Source of the DNA: an uncultured Myxococcales bacterium
GTDB taxonomy: Bacteria; Myxococcota_A; UBA9042; DTJE01
Direction of reading: 5' to 3'
DNA: 64,000 bases
Assembly: GCA_903847405.1 (NCBI GenBank)
Contig: CAINDP010000153.1
Location: 4,121-68,120, forward strand
Position 1 is the first letter of the stretch. Each line of letters opens with the position of its first letter. Under the pieces are notes generated by a model. That model searched no databases and was not told the DNA's origin. It saw nothing but the letters and a program-made list of their open reading frames with translations. Shown here in pieces: positions 8,061 to 17,518 of this stretch. The position numbers and the translations under genes were made by a program.

Positions 8061-10339
8061 AGGCGCCCGCAACGACATCCGCGTCCCGGACGCGTCCGGG
8101 CATCGCCTCCTGGCCGGGCCGCGCGGTCCTGCTGTGCTGCCTGATGCTGCCGGCGACGGCAATCGGCGAGGAGGGGGGACGCACCACCAGCGCCACCGAC
8201 GCCGCCCCCACCGCGTCCCCGGCCCAGCCCCCCCGCCCCCTGCGCCTGTGGCACGGCTACCGGGGCGCCGAGCGCGAAACGCTGGAGCGCCTGACCGCGG
8301 ACTTCACCCGCGACCACCCCCAGTGGCCCGTGGAACTGCTGGCCGTCCCCTACGAGGCCTATGCCAACAAGCTGACCTCCGCGATCCCGCGCGGCAACGG
8401 CCCGGACGTGTTCATCGCGGCCCACGAACGCCTGGGCGACTGGGCCGAAAGCGGCCTGATCGCGCCGCTGCCCGACGGCCCCGAATGGGACGCGTTCTTC
8501 CCGACGACCGTGGACGCCCTGACCTGGAGGGACCGCCGCTACGGACTTCCGCTGGCGTTCAAGTCGCTGGCCCTGTTCGTCCGCGACGACCTGCTGGCCG
8601 GCAATGTCGTCCCGGCGAACACCGACCAGTTGCTGGCCGCGTGCAAGAACCTGTCCGGCATGCGCAAGGACTCCTTCTGCCTGGCCTGGGAAGCCGGTTC
8701 CTTCTACCACCACGCGCCCTGGCTCTTCGGGTTCGGGGGGGGGATTTTTGATGCAAACCAGACCCCGCGCCTGGACCGCCCGGAAAACGCGGCGTCCATC
8801 GCCTTCGTCCGGGACCTGACCCGCGCCGGCTACCTGCCCGAGGAACCGACCGCGGCACTGGTCACGCAACTGTTCAACGAGGGCCGCGCCGTGATGGCGA
8901 TCAGCGGCCCCTGGTTCCTGGGGGAGATCGCGCCCGGCACCCCGTTTTCGGTTCACCCCCTGCCCCGCGTTTCCTCGACAGGGAAACTGGCGACGCCGTT
9001 CCTGACCGTGGAAGGCGCCCTGGTGTCGTCCCACGCCACGAACCCCGACGGCGCCCTGGCGCTGGCCCGTTTCCTGGCCGGCCCCGGTGCCCGCTCCCGC
9101 CTGGTGGATGGCCGCCAGGCGGTGGCCCTGGCCGCGGCCTACGAGGACCCGGCCCTGGAGGTCGATCCCGTCATCCGCCGCTTCCGTGAACTGGTGGGCT
9201 TCGCCATCCCCATGCCGAACCACCCCGTCATGCGCGCCGTCTGGGAACCCGCGTCCCAGGCCCTGCGCAAGGTGCTGCGCGGCGCCGCCGAACCCGCCGC
9301 CGCCCTGGAATCCGCCCAGCAGAGCATCCGCATCGCGACCCGTCCCCTGCCCCCGGCCTCCAGCCCCGTGTTCCTGCTGCTGGCCGTGGCCGCCGTGCTG
9401 ACCGCCGGCCTGTTCTATGCCCTGCGCCGCTTCCGTCGGGAGGACACGTGGGCACGGATGCGCGCGTCGTCCCACGCCTATGCGTTCCTGGGCCCGGCGG
9501 CCCTGGCCACCGGCATCCTGGTCTTCGTTCCGTTCACCGTCGGCACCGCCGTGTCGTTCTTTTCCCACCGCCAGGGCGACTTCACCTATGTCGGCCTGGC
9601 CAACTACGTCAGCATCCTGACCAGCGCCGACTATGCCGTCACCGACCCACTGTCGTTCTGGTTCACGCTGGTCGTCACCGTGATGTGGACCGCCGCCAAC
9701 ATCGTCCTGCACGTGTCGATCGGCGTGGCCCTGGCGCTGCTGCTGCGCGAGCCCTGGATGCGCCTGCGGGGCGTCTACCGGGTCCTGCTGATCATCCCGT
9801 GGGCGGTCCCGAACTACATCACGGCGCTGATCTGGAAGGGCATGTTCCACAAGCAGTTCGGCGCCATCAACGGCCTGCTGGTCTGGATGGGCCTGGAGCC
9901 CGTGTCCTGGTTCAGCCACTTCTGGACGTCCTTCGCCGCCAACGTCGCGACGAACACCTGGCTGGGCTTCCCGTTCATGATGGTCGTCACGCTGGGCGCG
10001 CTGCAGTCGATCCCCGCCGAGCTGGAGGAAGCCGCCGAGGTGGACGGCGCGACCCGCACGCAGCGCTTCTTCAACATCACCCTGCCCCTGCTGAAACCGG
10101 CCCTGCTGCCCGCCGTGGTCCTGGGCAGCGTCTGGACCTTCAACATGTTCAACATCATCTTCCTGGTCAGCGGCGGCGAGCCCGGCGGCTCCACGGAAAT
10201 CCTGATTTCCGAAGCCTACCGCTGGGCCTTCACCCGCCAGGAGCAGTACGGCTATGCGGCCGCCTATGCGACGCTGATCTTCCTGGTCCTGCTGGTCTGG
10301 GGCATGGGCGTGCGTCGCCTGGAACGGAGGCCCGCATGA
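8057..10339 (+). CDS. maltose/maltodextrin-binding periplasmic protein fused in-frame to MalF-type permease (no stop between the two modules)
   Basis: GTG 8057 overlaps malK stop (GTGA). SBP-like N-terminal half (signal/lipobox LLCCLMLPATAIG, WHGYRG, PYEAYANKLTSAIPRGNGPDVFIAAHERLGDWAESGLI, MalE-like C-terminal end ESAQQSI). This is followed without a stop by two TM helices and an ABC permease with EAA motif (IPAELEEAAEVDGATRTQRFFNITLP). Confidence 0.55.
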   Translation: MKAPATTSASRTRPGIASWPGRAVLLCCLMLPATAIGEEGGRTTSATDAAPTASPAQPPRPLRLWHGYRGAERETLERLTADFTRDHPQWPVELLAVPYEAYANKLTSAIPRGNGPDVFIAAHERLGDWAESGLIAPLPDGPEWDAFFPTTVDALTWRDRRYGLPLAFKSLALFVRDDLLAGNVVPANTDQLLAACKNLSGMRKDSFCLAWEAGSFYHHAPWLFGFGGGIFDANQTPRLDRPENAASIAFVRDLTRAGYLPEEPTAALVTQLFNEGRAVMAISGPWFLGEIAPGTPFSVHPLPRVSSTGKLATPFLTVEGALVSSHATNPDGALALARFLAGPGARSRLVDGRQAVALAAAYEDPALEVDPVIRRFRELVGFAIPMPNHPVMRAVWEPASQALRKVLRGAAEPAAALESAQQSIRIATRPLPPASSPVFLLLAVAAVLTAGLFYALRRFRREDTWARMRASSHAYAFLGPAALATGILVFVPFTVGTAVSFFSHRQGDFTYVGLANYVSILTSADYAVTDPLSFWFTLVVTVMWTAANIVLHVSIGVALALLLREPWMRLRGVYRVLLIIPWAVPNYITALIWKGMFHKQFGAINGLLVWMGLEPVSWFSHFWTSFAANVATNTWLGFPFMMVVTLGALQSIPAELEEAAEVDGATRTQRFFNITLPLLKPALLPAVVLGSVWTFNMFNIIFLVSGGEPGGSTEILISEAYRWAFTRQEQYGYAAAYATLIFLVLLVWGMGVRRLERRPA

Positions 10340-11187
10340 ACCGCCAACCCACGTGGCTGCGCGCGATGCTGCTGAACCTGGCCCTGATCGCCGCCTGCCT
10401 GGTCACGCTGTACCCGGTGCTGTGGGTCGTCAAGATGGCCCTGACCCCGTCCCAGGCGTTCTCGCTGTCCCCCAACCCCTTTCCCGACACCTTCAGCCTG
10501 TCCAACTTCCGGGACCTGGTCGGCGCCACCGACCTGGCCGGGCACTGGCTGTTCGGACGGTGGCTGCTGAACTCGGTCATCGTCGCCACCGCCACCACCG
10601 CCCTGGGCGTGGCCCTGGCGACCACCGCCGCCTATGCGTTCAGCCGTTTCGCCTTCCCCGGCAAGCGCCTGGGCATGACGCTGTTCCTGGTCACCCAGAT
10701 GTTCCCCGGCGTCGTGATGGCCATCCCGCTGTACCTGCTGCTGGACACGCTGGGCCTGCTGGACAGCATGGTGGGCCTGACGCTGGTCTATGCCACCACC
10801 GCGGTGCCCTTCTGCGTGTGGATGATGAAGGGCTACTTCGACACGATCCCGAAGGAGCTGGAGGAGGCCGCCCTGATGGACGGCGCCGGCCGCTGGACCC
10901 TGTTCACCCGCATCGTGCTGCCCCTGGCCCGGCCGGCGCTGGTCGTCACCGCGCTGTTTTCCTTCATGACGGCCTGGAACGAATTCATCCTGGCCGCCAC
11001 CTTCCTGTCCGACGAAACCTCCTTCACGCTGCCGGTCGCGCTGCAGCGCTATGTCGGCGACTACTCGACCGAGTGGGGCCGGTTCGCCGCGGGCGCCATC
11101 CTGGTCAGCACCCCCGTCATGGCCCTGTTCTTCGCGCTGCAGAAGCACCTGGTGGGCGGGTTGACGGCGGGCGGGGTCAAGGGGTAG
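10336..11187 (+). CDS. malG: maltose/maltodextrin ABC transporter permease
   Basis: ATG 10336 overlaps upstream stop (ATGA); 6-TM permease with EAA loop (IPKELEEAALMDGAGRWTLFTRIVLPLARPAL). Confidence 0.85.
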   Translation: MNRQPTWLRAMLLNLALIAACLVTLYPVLWVVKMALTPSQAFSLSPNPFPDTFSLSNFRDLVGATDLAGHWLFGRWLLNSVIVATATTALGVALATTAAYAFSRFAFPGKRLGMTLFLVTQMFPGVVMAIPLYLLLDTLGLLDSMVGLTLVYATTAVPFCVWMMKGYFDTIPKELEEAALMDGAGRWTLFTRIVLPLARPALVVTALFSFMTAWNEFILAATFLSDETSFTLPVALQRYVGDYSTEWGRFAAGAILVSTPVMALFFALQKHLVGGLTAGGVKG

Positions 11188-11201
11188 GTGCTCGGCGCAG
11201 G

Positions 11202-12296
11202 CTACCAGCCGTTCCCGATGTGGAACTTCCCGTGACAGGAACCGTTGCAGGTGTTCAGCACCATCGAGATCCCGGGCAGGGTGCGGTCCACGGCCCCGTT
11301 CACGTGAAGGTCCGGGTTCTGGATGGTCGTGCTGCCGGTCACGACGGCGCCGTGGCAGTCCCCGCACTCGAGGCCCTCGCCCAGGTGCTTCCTGTGGTCC
11401 CCGCTCATGCCTCCCCAACTGGCCTCGACGGCCTTGGACCCGTGGCAGCCGCCGCAGTCGGGCGCGGGATCCCGGTCGCCGATGGCGCCGTTGTCCCCCT
11501 GTCCGTTCCCGTGGCAATAGGCGGTCGCGCACCGGCCGGCCGCAGCATCCCGGACGGCCGCGTCGCTGATGTCGTGGAAGATCACTTCGCTGCGGCCGGG
11601 CGTGTCGTCCAGGATGTGCCCCGGGTCCAGCAGGGCCGCCGGCTTGACGTGGCATTCCTTGCAGTCGTAGGCCGGGTGGCGCGTGCGGGACACGTGGGCC
11701 GTGTGGGCCGGGTAGCGCAGTTCGGCGGCCGCGGTCGCGCCGGAAAGATCGCGTGGAGGCGCGCCGGTCGCGTTGTCCGTGCCGCCGTGACAGAAGGTGC
11801 AGTTCGTCCGCCACCCTTCCGAGTGGCAGTCGTCGCACCCCGGCGCGTTTCCCTTGCCCGACAGGGTGGTCCCGTGGCAGGTGCGACAGTCCTCCTGTCC
11901 GACCTTCAGGGCCGCTCCGTGGACGGCCGGGTCCGACCAGCCCTCCGGGTGATAGGCCGGTCCCGGGTCCGATGCGCCCGGGTCGGGAGTGCCCGGGTCG
12001 GAAGCGCCCGGGTCGTCCGGGGTTCCGGGGTCGGTGGACGCGTCGTCCGGGGCCGTCCCGGGGTCCACGACGGTCCCCGGATCCTCCCCGGGACCCGGGT
12101 CCTCGACGGCCGCATCCGGCGGCGGCGCGAGGTCGGTACGGTCGATGTCCGCGAATCCGGTGTCGCCCGGGTTCCCGGGATCCAGCCTCCCTTCATCCGT
12201 CACAGCGGGAGTGTCCGCCACGGTTCCGTCGCCGCCACCGCAGGCTCCGGCACCCAGCACACCAATCACCAGGATTCCCCATGCCGCCTGTCGCAT
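11202..12296 (-). CDS. multiheme c-type cytochrome lipoprotein (about six CxxCH motifs) with acidic Pro/Asp/Gly-rich linker
   Basis: Lipobox MRQAAWGILVIGVLGAGACGGG; heme-binding motifs CRTCH, CDDCH, CTFCH, CKECH, CGGCH, CGDCH (+ CNGSCH). Confidence 0.6.
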   Translation of the reverse strand: MRQAAWGILVIGVLGAGACGGGDGTVADTPAVTDEGRLDPGNPGDTGFADIDRTDLAPPPDAAVEDPGPGEDPGTVVDPGTAPDDASTDPGTPDDPGASDPGTPDPGASDPGPAYHPEGWSDPAVHGAALKVGQEDCRTCHGTTLSGKGNAPGCDDCHSEGWRTNCTFCHGGTDNATGAPPRDLSGATAAAELRYPAHTAHVSRTRHPAYDCKECHVKPAALLDPGHILDDTPGRSEVIFHDISDAAVRDAAAGRCATAYCHGNGQGDNGAIGDRDPAPDCGGCHGSKAVEASWGGMSGDHRKHLGEGLECGDCHGAVVTGSTTIQNPDLHVNGAVDRTLPGISMVLNTCNGSCHGKFHIGNGW

Positions 12297-12411
12297 CGCG
12301 CCTCCTCCTGCACCGGGCCGTCATGTCGGTCCGCCTGACGGGGATGGATCTTGTCCGATAACAGTCTGCGGCACAAGCCCCAGGCGCAGCAGGAGGAAAG
12401 GGTCCCGGGCG

Positions 12412-13062
12412 TCACGCCTTCGTGGCGTCCAACCCGGCCAGGATCACTTCGACGAAGCGGGCCAGGTCCCGTTCGGCGACGGGCCGGAACGACGCGAATT
12501 CGGGACGCGACAGGACCTCCACCGCGGCCTGCGAGGGGTGCGCGGCGGGCCACAGGCCGGCGACGTACAGCGCGATCGCCTGGACGGCCCAGGCGGCGTC
12601 CCCGGGGTCCAGCCAGGGCAGCACGCGCACCATCGCTGCGGCAGCCTGCCCGGTCAACGCGACGATGCGGATCTTCGATTCGGCGATGGCGTCCACGCTG
12701 AGGTTGTGCTCCAGGATCGACGTGACCATCCCCAGCAGTTGGCACAACAGGGGGCGTCCCAGCCAGGCCGCCACGAACCGCGCCGCCACGGTCGAACGCT
12801 TCAGGGGACGCCGACCCAGGCGCGCCTCCATGTCCTCCAGGAGTTCCTCCATTTCCGTCACCAGCAGGTGCAGCAGGATGTGCTCGCGGCTCTCGAAATA
12901 GCGGTAGATGTTCGGCTTGGACACACCGGAGCGCCGGCCGATCTCGTTCAACCCCAGTTCCATGGGGCCGACCTCGGATGCGATCTGACGGGCGGCCGCC
13001 AGGATGGCCTCACGGCGAACCTCCTTCTCCTCGGGTTTCCGGGCCCGCTGGAACGCCTTCAT
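12412..13062 (-). CDS. TetR/AcrR family transcriptional regulator
   Basis: N-terminal TetR HTH (EVGPMELGLNEIGRRSGVSKPNIYRYFESREHIL). Confidence 0.8.
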   Translation of the reverse strand: MKAFQRARKPEEKEVRREAILAAARQIASEVGPMELGLNEIGRRSGVSKPNIYRYFESREHILLHLLVTEMEELLEDMEARLGRRPLKRSTVAARFVAAWLGRPLLCQLLGMVTSILEHNLSVDAIAESKIRIVALTGQAAAAMVRVLPWLDPGDAAWAVQAIALYVAGLWPAAHPSQAAVEVLSRPEFASFRPVAERDLARFVEVILAGLDATKA

Positions 13063-13075
13063 GGTCCGCCCCCCG

Positions 13076-13909
13076 TCACTTCGCGTTCCGCAGCACGAAC
13101 CGCATCATCCTGTCGAAGCACCGATCCGGCAGCAGCCAGCGCAGGAACAGGCTGGTGGACGATGCCGCCCCGGCGTGGTACCGGGTTTTCGGCCGACGCG
13201 CCGTGATGCCCTTTTCGATGATTTTCGCGATGACCTCGGGAGGGGACGCCTGCTTTTCGCCCATGCCCAGCAGGTTCGCGCCGCGCTGCGCCTGGTCCCG
13301 ATACGCCGTGTTCCCCGAGACCTTCATCAGGTTTTCAGACGCGATCCCGCCCCACTCGGTGGCGATGCCGCCCGGCTCGATGATGACCACGGCGATCCCG
13401 AAACCCTCGACCTCCATGCGCAGACTGTCGCTCAGGCCTTCCAGCGCATGCTTCGTGGCGTGATACCAGCCGCCCAGGGGTTCGTAGATCTTTCCGGCGA
13501 TGGACGACACGTTCACGATTCGCCCGCAGCGCTGCTGCCTCATGGCCGGCAACACCAGTTGCGTCAGGCGCGCCAGTCCGAAGACGTTCACCTCGAACTG
13601 GTACCTGGCCTCGGACAGAGGCGTGTCCTCGAGGGCACCGAAGGACCCGTAGCCCGCGTTGTTCACCAGCGCGTCGATGCGCCCCTGCTCGGCCAGGATC
13701 TGCTGAACGACCGCCACCATCGAGGCCTCGTCCGTCACGTCCATCCTCAGCACGTGGATGCCCTTTTCGGCCAGCCCGGCCATGCGCTCCACCCGGCGCG
13801 CCGCCGCGTACACCACGTGGCCCGCGGCCTTCAACCGCAAGGCCGTCGCCTCGCCCATGCCCGACGAGGCACCCGTGATCAGCACCACACCCGCGTTCTT
13901 CCCGTTCAT
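13076..13909 (-). CDS. short-chain dehydrogenase/reductase (SDR) family oxidoreductase
   Basis: TGASSGMG Rossmann motif, NNAG, catalytic S-Y-K (SSIAGK..YHATKHA); internal ATG (MNGKNAGVVLITG) chosen. Confidence 0.85.
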   Translation of the reverse strand: MNGKNAGVVLITGASSGMGEATALRLKAAGHVVYAAARRVERMAGLAEKGIHVLRMDVTDEASMVAVVQQILAEQGRIDALVNNAGYGSFGALEDTPLSEARYQFEVNVFGLARLTQLVLPAMRQQRCGRIVNVSSIAGKIYEPLGGWYHATKHALEGLSDSLRMEVEGFGIAVVIIEPGGIATEWGGIASENLMKVSGNTAYRDQAQRGANLLGMGEKQASPPEVIAKIIEKGITARRPKTRYHAGAASSTSLFLRWLLPDRCFDRMMRFVLRNAK

Positions 13910-14067
13910 GTTCGTGAACCTCCAACCGCCTTTCCGGCGCAACAAGCAACCATCGGTCCGTTAAATAAGGAACCGATGGACGCTTGTCAAGGGGTGTGGC
14001 GCGTCACCGGTTGGAATCCACGATGTGGGTTGATATCGGCGGAAGGACCCGGCAGACGGGAACCGGC

Positions 14068-15693
14068 CTATCGCGCACCCGCGATTCCCGACAGCACCTC
14101 GATCAACGGCTGAAGGTCGCCGCAGACACCGACGGGAAGCCAGGCCGGGATCACGCCCCCGGGGCAGATCCGGTCGGACCAGTCGGCGATCTGGCACAGT
14201 TGCAGCGTCCCGGCGCAAGCGGCCCCTCCCAGGCACGGATGGGTGGCGTCGCAGGGGCACATCGGCGGAATCGGCGACGGCACCATCAGCGGCCAGCCCG
14301 GCTCGCCCTTCATCGCATCGGCCAGGGTGGCCACCAGGTCGGTGCAGGACTGCCCCGGGCCGCAGCACGCGGTCACGCCGTCGCACCGGCCCCGCGGGTC
14401 CAGGCAGACGCCGCCGGTCGCGTTGCTGCACACCAGGCTGCCGCCATCGGCGCCGGGCGGGCAGTCCGCGTCGGTCGAGCACATCGCGCCACAGTCGGGC
14501 GACCGGCAGGCGGTCCCGTCCGGGAACAGGCAGGTGTAGGTCGGGTCGCCGGTGCAGGTGCAGGTCGGATCGATCGCGGCACACCCCGCGTCGCTGAGGC
14601 AGCCATTGAACACGTCGCTCCAGCAACCGCTCCCGTCGGGCCGCCGGCACTCGAACGTCGGGGCGCCGGTACACGCGCAGGAGGGGTCGATGGAGGCGCA
14701 CTGGAGGTCGGTGTCGCACTGCACGCACTGGGGGACATGGTTGACGACCTTGAGCACAGGCAGCGGGAACACGCACTGGTTGCAGGATTCGCACGGTTCG
14801 TCGTAACTGCACGTGTGCGTATCGGGTCCGCAGGTCGGAGGGATGTCCGACGGCTCGGTGCAGTCCGCGTCCACGCAGCACTGGCCGCACCGGCCGTCCC
14901 CGCACTTCCTCAGGGCTCCGCAACTGCCCGGGAATTCGTTGCACACGTAGGGGACCACCGACAGGTCGCAGATCTTCGGCCAGGTGCAGTGGCTGTTGTT
15001 CAGGCACTCGTAGCAGGTCGTGCCCTCGGGCGACGGGAACGGTGTGGCGGCGTCGCACCCCCCGCACCGTTCGGGATCCAGCGGCTGGCAGAGTCGCGCC
15101 CCCTTGTCGGTGGTGACGCAGGTGAAATTCACGGAATCCGGGCACGGGGCCCAGTCCGAGCACGTGGCCACGCACGCTCCGGTCGCGGAGCCGCTGGTCT
15201 TGTAGCAGCGCGGGGCATCGGCCGTGCAATCGAAGTCGAAGGTGCACAGGTCACAGGCCGTGCGACCGTTCTTGCACGCACCGGTCACGAAGTCGCAGAC
15301 CATTCCGGCCTTGCACGGCGTCTCCGAGGCGCAGGCGACGCAGTTGTACGAAACCGGCAGGCAGGACTTGCTGGCCGACGAGGCGGCATAACAGACGTAC
15401 GACGGCGGGCAGTCCCCGTCATCGACGCAGTCCGCCAGGCAATACTTCGTCGCGCCTACCGGCAGGCACCGGGCGCCCGTCCCGCACTCCCCGTCCGCTT
15501 CGCACGGGGTGCAGTTCGTCACGGTCGTCGGCGGCGCCAGATCGGCAGGGACGTCCGCGATCGCGTCACCCGCGACGTCCTCGACCCCCGGGTCCGGAAC
15601 CTTCGACGCGTCGTCCGCGACCGGGGTTTCGAAGCACCCGGCCAGCAGCAGGATTCCCGCGGCGAGGACCGTCGTTCGATGCGTCATCAACAT
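14068..15693 (-). CDS. cysteine-rich secreted lipoprotein (disulfide-rich repeats, approx 90 Cys)
   Basis: Internal ATG gives lipobox MLMTHRTTVLAAGILLLAGC; dense CxxC/CxDxxC repeats throughout; acidic linker after signal. Confidence 0.5.
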   Translation of the reverse strand: MLMTHRTTVLAAGILLLAGCFETPVADDASKVPDPGVEDVAGDAIADVPADLAPPTTVTNCTPCEADGECGTGARCLPVGATKYCLADCVDDGDCPPSYVCYAASSASKSCLPVSYNCVACASETPCKAGMVCDFVTGACKNGRTACDLCTFDFDCTADAPRCYKTSGSATGACVATCSDWAPCPDSVNFTCVTTDKGARLCQPLDPERCGGCDAATPFPSPEGTTCYECLNNSHCTWPKICDLSVVPYVCNEFPGSCGALRKCGDGRCGQCCVDADCTEPSDIPPTCGPDTHTCSYDEPCESCNQCVFPLPVLKVVNHVPQCVQCDTDLQCASIDPSCACTGAPTFECRRPDGSGCWSDVFNGCLSDAGCAAIDPTCTCTGDPTYTCLFPDGTACRSPDCGAMCSTDADCPPGADGGSLVCSNATGGVCLDPRGRCDGVTACCGPGQSCTDLVATLADAMKGEPGWPLMVPSPIPPMCPCDATHPCLGGAACAGTLQLCQIADWSDRICPGGVIPAWLPVGVCGDLQPLIEVLSGIAGAR

Positions 15694-15742
15694 CCCCTTC
15701 CAGAACGTGTGAAGGCATCGTACGGAATTCGACCGGGGGGGA

Positions 15743-17431
15743 TCAAGGGGCCGGCCAGATCGTGTCCAGTGCCCGGACCTCCAGCGGCTCGAAGGTCGCG
15801 GCGGCTCCGATGGTGAACAGGCCCATCCGATCGGCGGCGGGATCGGGGAAGACCAGCGCGGTGATCGTGACGTCGCCGGAAAACACTTCGACGGACGAGC
15901 GGTCGGCGATGACCCGGAACGTGATGCCGCCATCGACATCGGCGGGTCGGGCCGCCGCGAAGCGCCCCCCGAACAGGGTGTCCACGCCCGTTCCCAGGGC
16001 TCCGCTGCGGTCCAGGAAGACCTCGCCCCGGTCGCGGTCGTATCCCACCAGGACGGCTCCGGCCTCGGGGTCCACCGGGAAGGCGTCGCCCGCAACCGCC
16101 CCCGCCCCACCGCCCACGAACAGGCGCAGGCCCGCCCGCGACCAGGTCCCCGGCGCCAGGCGGAACGTCACGTCCAGCGGGTAGCCGCCCACGGGACCCG
16201 ACAGGTCGGCCGCCCCGTCCACGTCGAAGCGCCCCGCCCGGGCCAGCACGCCCAGGTCCAGGGACGCCAGGTCCACCGGGGCCTGGACCAGCACGGGCAC
16301 GCCCCCCCGATCCACCAGGCGCAGGTCCCGCGGCAGGGTCAGTGCACCACGCCACGCCTCGGTCGGCGTGATCAGCGCATAGGACCAGTGATCCATCCAG
16401 GCGATCCAGGTCCGGCGCCCGGCCGGTGCGTCGGACCAGGACTGGGCGGCGTAGAAATCGGGGCCGTGATCGATGATCCGCGGCTGCGGGGCGGCCGGGG
16501 CGAACACCTTGCCGTCGAAGGTCCCCGTGAACGCCCAGGAATCGGGCCGGGCGGCGGCCAGGCCCCGGTTCGTGTCAATCTTGAACACCCACGCCGTCTT
16601 CAGCGGATCGCCGTCGATCGGCAGTTCGAACAGGTCCGGGCACTCCCAGGTTCCCTCCAGGCCCTCGACGGGCCCGAAGGTCCCCGAGGGCGTCCAGTCC
16701 AGGAGGTCCGGGCTGCTGTAGAAGCGCGCGCGATCCCCGGCCGCCGCGACCAGGACCCAGCCCTCCTCAACGCGGAACACCTTGGGATCCCGGAAATCCG
16801 TCAGGTCGGGCTGGCGCAGCACCGGGCTGCGGGGATGCAGGACCCAGGTCCGCCCCCGGTCGATGCTGACGGCCAGGCTCTGCTTTTCGGTGCCGTCGGA
16901 ACCGCCGTGGTGCGTGAACATGACGGCCAGGCAGGAATCGGGCGCCCCGGGTCCCGTCGCGCACGCCGCCCTGGCGGCCCCATCGACCACGAACCCGGAT
17001 CCCGAGAACGGCTGGCCCAGGTCCGCATCGGGGACCAGGGCCGGCGCCAGGGACGTCCAGCGCAGCAGGTCCGTTCCGACCTGGTGGCCCCACTGCAACT
17101 CGCCCCAGAACGGCACCTCGGGGTTGGCCTGCTGGAACAGGTGGTACTCGCCCTCTGCGTAGACCAGGCCGACCGGGTCGTTGATCCAGCCCGCCTCCGG
17201 GCTGTAATGCACCTGGGGACGCCAGGGCTCCGCGCGGGCGGTGGGCGGCCGGGGCACGTCGAAGGTCACCAGGCCGGGGTTGTCGGCCCCGTCGGCCCCG
17301 TCGGCGGCGTCCAGGGCGTCGCCCTCGGCGGAGTCCTCGACGACATCGACCGCAGGATCCCCCTTGGACCCGCACCCGGCCGCCAGCAGCACGATCACGA
17401 CAGGGACGCAGGAGGCAAATCGCGTTTTCAT
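15743..17431 (-). CDS. glycoside hydrolase family 32 (beta-fructofuranosidase/levanase-like) lipoprotein
   Basis: Lipobox MKTRFASCVPVVIVLLAAGC; GH32 motifs WINDPVGLVYAEGEYHLFQQ (catalytic nucleophile block), FRDPKVF (RDP), WECPDLF (EC). Confidence 0.8.
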   Translation of the reverse strand: MKTRFASCVPVVIVLLAAGCGSKGDPAVDVVEDSAEGDALDAADGADGADNPGLVTFDVPRPPTARAEPWRPQVHYSPEAGWINDPVGLVYAEGEYHLFQQANPEVPFWGELQWGHQVGTDLLRWTSLAPALVPDADLGQPFSGSGFVVDGAARAACATGPGAPDSCLAVMFTHHGGSDGTEKQSLAVSIDRGRTWVLHPRSPVLRQPDLTDFRDPKVFRVEEGWVLVAAAGDRARFYSSPDLLDWTPSGTFGPVEGLEGTWECPDLFELPIDGDPLKTAWVFKIDTNRGLAAARPDSWAFTGTFDGKVFAPAAPQPRIIDHGPDFYAAQSWSDAPAGRRTWIAWMDHWSYALITPTEAWRGALTLPRDLRLVDRGGVPVLVQAPVDLASLDLGVLARAGRFDVDGAADLSGPVGGYPLDVTFRLAPGTWSRAGLRLFVGGGAGAVAGDAFPVDPEAGAVLVGYDRDRGEVFLDRSGALGTGVDTLFGGRFAAARPADVDGGITFRVIADRSSVEVFSGDVTITALVFPDPAADRMGLFTIGAAATFEPLEVRALDTIWPAP

Positions 17432-17518
17432 GGCGCGATGGTAGCGCGCGCGGGCCGAATCAACCACTGTCTCGTTCGACACGGTAGAATCCCCCCGTCT
17501 CCCCAACGGAGCCTCCCC

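Noticed and set aside
4945-8162. Minus-strand ORFs 4945..6954 and 6411..8162 antisense to GH13 and malK
   Set aside because: Antisense artefacts of GC-rich coding DNA
7538-12338. ORFs 7538..9919(-), 10264..11838(-), 10353..12338(+) overlapping malEFG and cytochrome gene
   Set aside because: Antisense/alternate-frame, no domain signatures, Arg/Gly-rich
16388-17518. 5' two-thirds of plus-strand ORF 16388..18481
   Set aside because: Antisense to GH32 gene; only the 3' part after ATG 17519 (signal peptide, Cys-rich domain) is credible
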